Positions 12,511-22,768 of a stretch of DNA of 64,000 bases are shown piece by piece. Source of the DNA: Guillardia theta CCMP2712 (Eukaryota > Protista > Cryptophyta); NCBI RefSeq assembly GCF_000315625.1, contig NW_005434620.1:272747-336746 (forward strand). The letters run 5' to 3'. The notes beneath the pieces were generated by a model, which was not told the origin of the DNA, ran no database searches, and saw only the letters and a program-made list of their open reading frames with translations. Positions within the stretch are counted from its first letter, which is position 1. Each line of letters opens with the position of its first letter. The position numbers and the translations under genes are program-made.

Positions 12511-13571
12511 TCGGAAGTTGGTTCCTATGAGTCCCCGGACAGGCACTGTTTTGATTCAAGTTATCAGATAATTCCAGGAAAGTTCCAGGCTTAACGCACC
12601 TTTTCCATTCATTGGTTGCTGAAAACTTGAATTCATCGTAACCTTAGCCGGCCGAAGAGTTCTGCAGAATGGGGTCTTTTCCTCTTGTTTCTAAGGGAAT
12701 CCACATCAGCATGTACTTTGAGAGACTAAAACACAGCGGGAGATTTCTCTCCCTTTCGCTATAATTTTCTCACTTTCCTAACTTGAATGTCTACACGTTG
12801 GTAACCTTCTGTTTCGCCTCCTTACCCTCCTCTTCCCTGCCACTTACTCCTTCAAACATCTTCAATCTCTTCCTGCTATCAATCGTCAATCTTTGTGCTG
12901 CTAACGTTGATTCCTCAACTCTCCTTTCATTCCCTCCTTACACACCCTCCGCTTCTGGTCCTCAGCGCTCGCTACTAGCAGTTCCCAGCATGACCTCGCT
13001 TTTCCAACAGCTTCGATAGGAACCGTTACAGTACAACCACCATCGTAACGTTCTGTAGATTCCTAATGTTCCCACCCCACCCTCAATCTCTCACATAGAC
13101 TACAATATGACCCCCTTTTTAAAGAAATTTTCCTATAGTCAGAACGGTAAGGGTACCACCCTATCGATTACCAACCCCTTTGTTTCAAATCCACGAACTT
13201 GATCTATACCTACCCACCTCGAACCCCCACCCCAATATATCGGATATTCACAATATGTACCCCTTTGATGATCTCAAGAAGTACTAAAATTGATACCACC
13301 CTACCCATCACCAATACCCCAAGATCAAAAATAACCCCAAAATATGAGTACCCCACCCATACAAACAAGCTTAATCCAAAGGTTTCCCGCCAGACCGCCT
13401 TTCCTCTCTCTGCTCCTACCTAGCGCTTCCTCCCTCTCGTAAACTTTCAGGGTCTCTTCTCTCCATATTTATCTCTTTCCCCTTTCGCTACATTTCCCTC
13501 CAGGTTCTCTACACGCAGTGGACCCCTCTTCAAAGTGACCTGCTAGGGAAAACCTCCTGACTCGCTCCTTC

Positions 13572-14969
13572 ATGGCTTCCTGTACGTTTACGAGGCAAGT
13601 CTCTCACTTTGGGATGCGGTCCAACCCATCCAGCCAAAACTCCAGAGAGGCTTCTCCTGTTCCAGATCATGAGAAATCCGTCGGATCTCCCTTGCGCAAA
13701 CGGCAAACAGCCACGAAATACTCGATTGCCAAGGAGACGGACACTGATGATGAGAAGGAGAACGTCCCGAACAGCGACCCCGACTCTCAAGAATCCTTCA
13801 GCTCCTCCAGGCAGAACAAGGGCATGGACAAGAATTATACGAGCACCATCTCAAACGAGAACGAGGGAAAGGACAACGAGAACGTGTCTGATTCCGAGAA
13901 CGAAAGAGACCTCACTGCCTCCAAGGCTCCAGAAGATGAGATCAATGGTGAAGCAGACAAAGACACATCCATTGTTGAAGAAACTCCCCCCAAGGCTTCG
14001 AACAAAGTCTCGCCCGCGAAAGATTTTGAAGATACTGTGCCTCTGAATGTAGCTTTCATTTGCTTTGTAACGTATGCAAACTAACCCTTAGTCTCTTGCG
14101 ACAGGTTGGTGAGGTTCCTTTTCTACCGGGAAACTTTTCTGCTCTCGAACCATCCTCAGACTGGACATCAGATGTTCCGAGTATCACCAACATCATGAAC
14201 AGAGTGCAGGGCATCAATGAAACGGCCCAAGAGATTGGCGTACGCAGCTTGAAGTTGCAGAGTGAGGTGAGATTTTGTTTCGACTGATTGAAATGCAATG
14301 AATCTGACAGTATTGTGTAGATCAATACCGTGAAGAAAATAGTTAGCAGCCGCGCTGAGATCGATTCTGAGCATGAAAAACTTATGAAGGCAAGGGAGGC
14401 TGAGCTATCAGATGTATGTCACCTATCAGATCTAAACAAAAAGCATTGACCGTTTTGTTGTCAGCTTCACAAGTGCAAATCTGACTACGAGGTCGCCGCT
14501 GCGAATCTGAAAAGAGCTCAAGAAAAATTTGATGAAGGAGAAATGTTGCGCTCGGTTCGTTCAGAACGGATTGAAAATGATGCGCAAAGTGACAAACATG
14601 GCAGGCAACGAAGTTCCGGAAGGAACAAATGGATTCCACGATTGCTGATGCACGAGCTCGTGTAAGCGAGTCTTTGAAAAGCCTCAAAGAGATTGTATAC
14701 ACAATTTTCGGAACGAATTCATAAACCAGCGCCGTATTGTGCTAACTTGACACAGGAAAATTTACTAAGAATATTGGAGTGCTGCAAAATGTGGCTTGGA
14801 ATAAATCTTCCATTCCATCATTTAAGAATCTGTTCATCCGAAGATAGCCTTCATGTCTGATGCAAACAAAGTCAGAGGTGAATCGATCCATTCTCATCAG
14901 CATGACAAAAATTATTCAGAGGCGATGGCCGCCATACCAGCAGAGTGGCCTGAAACCCTGTGCTTGTGA
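13572..14969 (+). CDS. Hypothetical protein with acidic, disordered N-terminus and helical C-terminus (3' exons tentative)
   Basis: First exon of ~160 codons rich in S/E/D/N, followed by short exon-like segments with GT-AG boundaries. Confidence 0.5.
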
Positions 14970-16459
14970 CCCGTCACTCTGGATGGATCATCCCTGTAGG
15001 AGGGATCGGAAGGCTGCAAGCTCATCAGTATAGAAACCATCCCTTGTCATGACCAGACCGTATGCATTCCAGCGAAATAAGTGTTGTCAGATCCCTGCTT
15101 GGCAGGAAGAGCAGCATTCCACAAAATCGAGAGCATCTCTGCACCAGGATCTTTAGTCGATGAAAGTCATCCAATGAAGTTTCAGCAACGTCCAAACCCA
15201 TCAAGCACAAACCATTGAGAGAACTTGTTATCTCTACATATTCATTCTACGAATAGATAAAGCACGTAAAATGCGAAAAACAAATCATCTTTCTAGCTTA
15301 TCGCAATTCGAGAGCAAAAAATGTGCTTATCGAGCTCATTTCTTCCGCATGACATCGGCAGGAGATTCTTTTCTCTGACTCAATTTACCCATAACCTGCA
15401 TGCAGTTTCTCTGTTACACTCATTCCAACTGCACTTCTCCTTGCATTCGGCCCTGTGCTTTCTTCCTGCACATCGATCACCACTCTCATATCTGTCCTGC
15501 TCTTTCCTGCCCCTCCTGTACTTCATACCTGATTCTCATCATGGTAACTACCACTACTGCACCTGCTGCCATTCTCCTCTCCTCACAGCAGCTCTCGCTG
15601 TCAAGCCTCCAACCCTCCCCCGCGCCATGTTTTTGTCCCTTCGATTTGTCTGTTCGCCACAAGCAAACGCGTGATGATGGCAGACCAGAAAACTCAGTGT
15701 CACACTCACTGAGTCACGCGGCCGGGCCCGGCTTCGGCGCCGAGTCCACCGGGTCTGGGCCACCGAGCCCGGCCCGCCGTCACGGTAGCGGCCGGGTGGT
15801 ATCAGTCACCTGGCTTTTACTCAAACCGGCTAGCAGTGCAAATGGCAAGTTGGCAACGGTCCGACGACGGGACCGTGAGTACTGAATAGCGGTGATCAGC
15901 CTTCTCACGCACCGATGTCACGATTTGGATGACTAGGATGACAGCCGTCTGATCCGCCTGAATGTGCCTGAGACGGCGAGCCAATTGAGCTGCTGATCAC
16001 CCCGCCGACTGTAAGCCTGCATTCAGCTGTCACGCTTCTATGTACGGTCAAATCAGCCCCGGCGGCAGGTACAAATTTCAAACGATAGAATGATATTTGG
16101 ACATTGGATGATAATTTTCGGACCTCCGAGACCGGAATCTTGTCGACGCAAGGCCGAGTCGCAACCAGACCAAACAAGTACTTGAAACTAAGGTCGTTAC
16201 GTTGATTCAGCCGAACAGTTAGGATAGGGTTTTGTATCTCGAGATTTGAAGGATTTGATTGCTCCTGCTGACATAGAGTTGGCGAGACGATGTATTTGTT
16301 GAGCACTCAGATCTCATCGTCTTGTAAAGAAGAATCAAAGACAAGTCGTTTGGAGCAAAATCATTCGTGGTTGCCCTGTGACGAAATGGAGTAAACGGGG
16401 ATAGAGTTGTGAGCCGCTCGTGAGAAGTTCAGCAATTATAGGAAATGTCTGAACTTTTC

Positions 16460-16545
16460 ACAGACTTCCGCGGAACTTGTAAAATTGAGTTATGTCACGT
16501 CCGGACGTGAGCCTGTCATCTCTGTCCTTCTTGACGTCATCATCT
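16460..16545. promoter_or_regulatory. Cluster of palindromic sites including ACGT-core bZIP/CRE-type motifs
   Basis: TTCCGCGGAA 16466-16475, perfect 16-bp palindrome TCACGTCCGGACGTGA 16495-16510, and TGACGTCA 16532-16539, about 450 bp upstream of the 16988 ORF. Confidence 0.45.
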
Positions 16546-16987
16546 TCGAAAAAGCTTATTTTCATATTGTCTGGATAACCTTAACCCCTACCCCCTTCTT
16601 CTCCGCCTTGCAAAAGGTCTGATAGATGTTCCACAAGGATAGGTATTTGCTATATGTGACCTCAAGTAATTTCATTATACCTCTTCCCCTGCCCTCTCCG
16701 GTGAGCACCGGTGGGACCCCTTTACGATCATAACCATGCTTACATTCCCTGACAAAAATTTCCCTTTATCTTCCCTCCTGGCCATCAATTCCGCAGTCCC
16801 CCGCCCACCATCGAATCGACCCTGTCCTCTACTCATTGCTCTCAGTTTCCACTCTCTTCCTCCTCCCTCGTTCTCTGATCAATACATTCTTCCCACCCAT
16901 CCTCTTCCTCCACTGAACCCACATCTTGCTTTACCTTCGTTCGTTCGATCTTCGGAACTCCCCGCGCTCGTACAATACTAGTCACAT

Positions 16988-17443
16988 ATGATGGCAACTG
17001 TTTCTTCATGCCCCGTCATTCAACAAAGCTTCGAACACGTCTTCAAGCTGCCCCAAAACATGGACCATCATGTATCTTTCCCAATCACCAAGAACGAGCT
17101 TTCTAAATGCATGTGCACCATCTTCATGCTGGACGACGGCGTCAAAGTCAATCATTCGCACAGCTCCGTCAAGTTTCAAGAAACTGCCAGCAGCAGGAAG
17201 AGAGACAGAGAGGATGCTCAGGCAAAGGCAGAAGAGTCCGAGGAGTCGCCATCGTCGGCATTTCGGAGCGCCTACTACGAGGCAAGGCGACAGAAGATCC
17301 GGAGGAGGATGCTGGCGGTTGCCGGGCACGTCTGCAACTGCAAGTCATCTGCTCACCATCGCACGAAACACGAGAAGTGCGACTGCGATGCTCCTCTGTG
17401 CATTTGCAAGGACCTGTCCCACGAGTTCACCAGCCTCGATTGA
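16988..17443 (+). CDS. Small intronless hypothetical protein with basic NLS-like segments and a Cys/His-rich C-terminus
   Basis: 151-aa ORF with coding-like codon usage after a CT-rich 5' region. Contains RKRDRE, RRQKIRRR and HVCNCKSSAHHRTKHEKCDCDAPLCICKD. Confidence 0.7.
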   Translation: MMATVSSCPVIQQSFEHVFKLPQNMDHHVSFPITKNELSKCMCTIFMLDDGVKVNHSHSSVKFQETASSRKRDREDAQAKAEESEESPSSAFRSAYYEARRQKIRRRMLAVAGHVCNCKSSAHHRTKHEKCDCDAPLCICKDLSHEFTSLD

Positions 17444-17695
17444 TGCCCTGGTGTGTAAATAGATCTTGTTGCTTTTATGAATTGAGAACATCTCGTTGAA
17501 ATGAATACATATGTACATCAAACCCAACTGACTTCATGCACCCTCTCCCTCTGTTTCCTCAGCATTCTTGCTGCACCTTCTTGTCTCTGACTGATCTTCT
17601 TCATCCCTTCCAAGTTCGAGGAGGCAACACTGACTTCTTCCCCTCTCCCTTCCTCCGCCACCCCTATGAACACTCCCTTACAGACCAATCAATCC

Positions 17696-20600
17696 TTACG
17701 AGTACTGTGGTGCCATGCTCAGATTGTTCATCATGTTCCTCATCTGCTCGCGGATCGCCTGCCTCGCTTGTGTCAACGTGCGCACGTGCGACAGAAACGT
17801 GTCACCTTGAGTCTGTCGAGCTCCTCCTGCGGCAGATCGGGCTCAGCTTCTACCGTCACGGCGCTCTTTCCTCTTCCTCCTCCATCTCCTTCCTTGCTTC
17901 CCCTACAAGCAGGCAGCATGAGAAGAGTGGATGACTTCACCTCCTCTTTCACCGGGGCTGAGCACGAGCATGCGCTAAGGCAGCAGGAGCTGCCACAACC
18001 GACGAGTTGCTCTTGAACTTTGGAGCTCCTGCTCCTGTTCCTGCTCTTGTTCCTGCTCTTGTTCCTGATCCTGCTCCTGCTCCTGTTCCTGTTCCTGCTG
18101 CTCCTCCTCCTCTCCGCGCCTCTCCACTGCTCCTCTTCGCCGGGACTCTGCCAGCGTTGCTGCCTGGTGATTTCTTGGATTCTACAAGCTTGTCAATGTC
18201 ACATCCTCGATCGCATCCTCACGTACCCTCAACGATATGCTCCTCCATCCCCTGAGACAGCTTCCGAAGAGCTTCCCGGGCATTCGCAGCAAGAGCAGAG
18301 ACCTGAGGCACAGGATAAGCGAAGCGAACTCTCCATCCCGCTCCTCACCTGCGACTCGATGGGGCTGGGGGCAGCCTCCGGTTGTTTCCCCTCGCTCTCC
18401 CTCCTCCTCGTCAGCTTCGGGTCTCCGTACCCCAGCCCAGTCTGCTCGAAGACGCTCGAGTCGTCCAGCTTGACTTCCCAAGAGTTCTTCCTGGAGGTCC
18501 GAGGAGAGGATCGCTCCGAGCTCCTGGTGCCCCCGAGACCGAAGTTGGACCTCACATGTTCCGCGTACGCCCGACGCCGTGCCGCCCCTCCAGCGGGAAG
18601 CATCGGCCCGCTGCCGTTGCCTCCTATCTTGCCGCGAAACTGCAGCTCGACCTCCTCTCCTCCGCTCCCGAGATTGCTTTTCAGCTTCTCGAAGTCAATG
18701 ATCTTGTCTGTTGCCGCCTGTTCGTTGCGTGAGGAGCAAAGACGATGAGAAGAGGCAAGAGGGAGAGCAACGAAGGGTCATAGGAGGCGGGGGGGGAGGG
18801 AAGGGGAGGGGAAGGGGGAGGGAAGGGGAGGGGAGGGAAGGGGAGGGGGGAGCGGCATGGTAGTACCCTAACTCCGTACCCTGCGAGACCACAAAGGGGA
18901 GGGGGAGGAGGAGACTCGAATTCACCTTGATCTCATAGAGATATTCATCGGTCGTGATGGAGGGGACCGACGGACCTCGCGCGGGGCGCGGGGCTTCGCC
19001 GTCACCAAACGGTCCACTTGCGTCCCACTCAGCCGCTGCTTTCCTCGCCCTTCTCGGCCTGAACAAGTGCTTGATCCTCTTGTCCCTCCTGGAGGAAGAG
19101 GAGGAGGAGGTGCCGCTACCTCCTCCATCGGTCACGAAGAACACCTCGACCTCTCCTCCTGGTCTGTTGATGCGAACTCCAAGGTGATCGTTGAGCTTGC
19201 ACTGGAGGAGAAATTTCTCCCGTCCCTCCCCTCCCCCCCCATCGCCCTTCATCTGACCATCGCTGCTCCATTCGCAGACTAGCTGCCCCGTTACCAAGTC
19301 CATCAGGCGCCCCCCGTTGTCGTTGGAGTGATTGTAGACCACGAAACCTGACGGGAGACAAACCTGGTGACATCCCTTCAGTCTGAGCCAGCGACACCAT
19401 GTATCAAGGAGGAGGGGAGGGAGGAGAGAACAAGTAGGGCAGCAGGATCAGTTCGCAACATGTTACTAGACGACAGGACTGGAGGCGCCGCTGATTCCCT
19501 CGTGCTCCCTCCTCCCCTCGCTTACTCCCCCCCTTCCCCCTACCGCACACCCCAGCTCCCTTTACAGACCTCGGACAAGATAATCCCCTCCCACAACTCA
19601 CCATTGCGTTGCCCTCGGCATCACAAGTCACAGCAACATCTCCGTTCCTGAACATGGCGGTGATTCGAAGATCATCCATACTGATGGCCACTGATCCGTT
19701 GGCGTATCGAGCTTCCGACAAGCCTTCTTGCCGCAGGATCAGAGCCGCCGGCCCCTTCTTTCCATACACCTCCACATGCTCTCTCCCCTCCTCTATCCCT
19801 CCCCTCCTCCTCCTCGGCTCCTCCGGCATCCCTGCCAGCTCCCGCAAGCTTGTCTCCGTGGGTTTCTTCCGAGACTGATGGCCGTCAGAGCCCTTCCCTC
19901 CGCCAGGTTTTGCCTCTCGTGGCTTCGTCTTCCTCTGCTTCGTTGGTGCCTCTGCCCCCATGGGCAGGTATCCCCACGCTCCTCTTTCGCCCCCCCTTCC
20001 TGAACGTGCGGTCGGGCATTCCTAGTCCCTTCCAGCCCTGCATCTTTCAGCACTTTCCTACCCTGGGCACAACGGATAAGTGAGAGGAGGAGGAGGAGGA
20101 GGAGGAGGAGGAGGAGGAGGGGGGGAGGGGGGAGGGAGGTCAAAACAAATGCAGCATACCTCATGGCTCAACCAGAAAGCAGCAGCAGCATCTCTCTCCT
20201 CGCTAGTGATCGCCCTTCCGTCAAGAATCTCCAACGAGGGGACGTTGTGCACAAGGAGCTTGAAATAAATTTCCGGCAGGTCCCTTCAGTAGAGCATCGT
20301 AAGGGGTCCCAACCGAATCTCTTCTCTATTCGCATGCTCTTCACCTGCAGACTGGGTTTGGCTTCAGCACCAGCTTCTTGAGGTTCGAACACGCCCCGAG
20401 GTTCTACGGCGCGTCAATGGTCGATCCATAGGCGGAGGCTGCACAACAAACCTGGATCGATTGGAGATCTCTGAAGTCGTTGTCTCGGAGCCAGAGCTCT
20501 TCGAGGTTCATAAGGTCACATATGCTCCCCAGGTTCGTCAGCTTGTTCTTGCTGAGGTTCAAGACCTCCAGGTCCTGCAGCTGCCCTATCCTCTCTACAT

Positions 20601-20869
20601 CCAGGATTTGATTGTGCGACAGGTTCAACCTGTCAGGCATTCAGAGCTCCCACATGGCCTGCCGCTCCTTCCCACCTCATCAGGCATGATAGCTTCTGCA
20701 GCGGTGTCACGCGGTCAAGATGGTTGAAGGCGAGGTTGAGATTCTCGAGCTCTGGAGTTTCTTGGACGAGAATGGAAACGTCGTCGAGATCGTGGTTCGC
20801 CAGGTTGAGGACTGCAGTCTCTACGAGTGGTCCCGTGTCCCCAGCAAGGTCTGCAGCCTGCACAACCAT
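17696..20869 (-). CDS. Leucine-rich repeat protein (SDS22-like LRRs plus LRRcap) with a FAM194/ERICH6-like domain
   Basis: LENLNLAFNHL, RLNLSHNQI, LEVLNLSKNKL, LEELWLRDNDF, cap VPSLEILDG. Then YANGSVAI...MFRNGDVAVTCDAEGNAMV...GGRLMDLVTGQLVCEWS...KLNDHLGVRI. Last exon AIREQMRNMMNNLSMAPQYS*. Confidence 0.8.
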
Positions 20870-21221
20870 TCTTTCAGAGGGAGGGACACTGATGGATCAC
20901 AGCGGAGGAGAAAGAACCGAACAAGCAAACACACCTGACGGAGCGTATCATAGTCCAGCTTCATTGAAGTTTCGCTGCTGGGGACGTGACTACTCCTTCC
21001 TTGTCATGTGCAGGAGCTCTCAGAGTTGCTCTTAGCTTCTCCACATCCCCTTCAGCCCCTCCATCTCTCTTGCTGCTTCCTGCCTCCGCCCTCCTCTCCC
21101 TGGGCCATGTCCGTTGTCCGAGAGCCTTCAATTGCTCTTCCTGGATATTTCAAATTTACACCAAGTCTTTCGGATCGCTTGAATTTTGATTAAAATGTCA
21201 TGATGATCAGCAATTAGCATT

Positions 21222-21600
21222 TACCGTGAGGCCCGGGCCCGGCCCGGCAGGCTGAGGCTCCGAGGCTGAGTAGCAGCCGCTGAGCCTGAGCCGCTGAGTA
21301 CTGAGCGCGGCAGGCCCTGCAGGCTGGGCCGAGGGGCGGGGGGGGGGGGGGGGGGCGGGCCGACCGCGGCGGCGGCCGCCGGGATCAGCGGCTGAGGTCG
21401 GGCCACCGCCGCACGGGAGTGGACTCGGGAGTCAGCCCACCGTGATCCTTGTACGGTACTATGGTAAGTGACGAGTTGTCGGCCGCCCGGACACCGGCCA
21501 ACATGCCGCAACGTAACCGTGGCAAAGCGGCCGGCACGTCGTCCCAGACCGTATCAGTGCAACTCCGACGCTGTGCCGGCAGTATAGTACCGTACCGTCA
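21222..21600. other. GC-rich intergenic island of short palindromes and micro-motifs with a G-run
   Basis: Dense CCGG/GGCC, CTGAG and CCGTAC/GTACGG words. Similar islands at ~6910-6965, 10715-10745, 15715-15885 and 23385-23670. Confidence 0.6.
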
Positions 21601-21667
21601 GTCATGATATTCACACTGACAAATTGAGCTCGCATGGCTGCACGTAACTCGCAGAATTAATATAGCA

Positions 21668-22768
21668 TCATTTCTGACTGTCTAGCGCCATCTGCGAGTC
21701 CTCGTCTGAGCTCGACAGCCCGTTCCTCATGTAGTCCGAGATGGCGCTCGGGCTCATCTGCTGGATCCAGTCCGGGCTCCCTGACGACGAAGACCCTGTC
21801 GAGCCCTTCGCCCCTGCATGGCCGGGCTTGCGGTGAGAGGGCTTCTGCGAGCCGTCCGATGATGACGCTCCTGCTGGATTGCAGCTCGTGCTGTACTCGT
21901 CCGAGGACGGATCCAGGTCCTGGGCTTGACTGCTCGAGCCGTCCTGGCTGCTCGACTCACCCTGGCTGCTCGACTCACCTGGGCTGCTCGACCCGTCCTG
22001 CCCCGATCTGTCTCCGGATCGCTGCTCCTGACTGCTGCCGTCGTCGCTGCATCCCTCTGTCTCCATGTCCTCCCCAGCCACGGGCGAGGAGTCGTCGGCG
22101 CCCTGCATCTGCTCATGCACCATGCTCTCGTGCTTGGTCGCTGGGGTAGCAGAGGCGGCGTACGCATTGGAGGAGCTATCGAGAGGCATGAAGCCGAGCT
22201 CCTCCTGCTTGATGGCGATCCAGCGGTGAGCCGCGAGGCTTTCAGGGTAGGAAGCAGACGGCAGGTGCGGCATCGCTTGGCCGTTGGCGAAGCTCAAGCC
22301 AGGGCCACTGATACCTTGACAGCCTGCCTGCACGAGAGCTCCTGGATGTGTTTCCTCATCCCTATGCACTCCCAAGAGAGCCATGGCAAACGTCTCGTTA
22401 CTGTACTGCCCGCCATAGCTCTCCCTGTCCCAGCTGCCTCGCTCGACCCTCGAAGGCGGATGACGGTCTTCAGTCTTGTGGTGAAGCAGGACACTCTGGT
22501 AGCATTGCTGGTGGCTCCCACTAGCCTCGGCCGATGTCTCGCTGCCTCGCGCGATGCTGTCCGTGACATGCGACCAGGTCCTCTGATCCCAGATGTCTCG
22601 CACGGTCTTGGCGCTGATGCCGTACTTCCTGGCGACGAAAGAGCTCTCGAGGGACTTTGGGCCGGTGATCTTGGCTCTTTCAGCGAAGATTCGACGGACC
22701 ATATCGGGGGTGAGGGTTTTTCTGCGAGCAGGGGAGGGGTCAAGAGGGAAGGGGGCGTGATCAGTCAT
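21668..22768 (-). CDS. Intronless helix-turn-helix protein with Ser/acidic disordered tail (putative transcription factor), copy A
   Basis: RKTLTPDMVRRIFAER...SSFVARKYGISAKTVRDIWDQRTWSHVT HTH; 366 aa. Confidence 0.85.
   Translation of the reverse strand: MTDHAPFPLDPSPARRKTLTPDMVRRIFAERAKITGPKSLESSFVARKYGISAKTVRDIWDQRTWSHVTDSIARGSETSAEASGSHQQCYQSVLLHHKTEDRHPPSRVERGSWDRESYGGQYSNETFAMALLGVHRDEETHPGALVQAGCQGISGPGLSFANGQAMPHLPSASYPESLAAHRWIAIKQEELGFMPLDSSSNAYAASATPATKHESMVHEQMQGADDSSPVAGEDMETEGCSDDGSSQEQRSGDRSGQDGSSSPGESSSQGESSSQDGSSSQAQDLDPSSDEYSTSCNPAGASSSDGSQKPSHRKPGHAGAKGSTGSSSSGSPDWIQQMSPSAISDYMRNGLSSSDEDSQMALDSQK

Noticed and set aside
15905-16306. 133-aa minus-strand ORF
   Set aside because: GTG start, no motif and non-coding-like codon usage.
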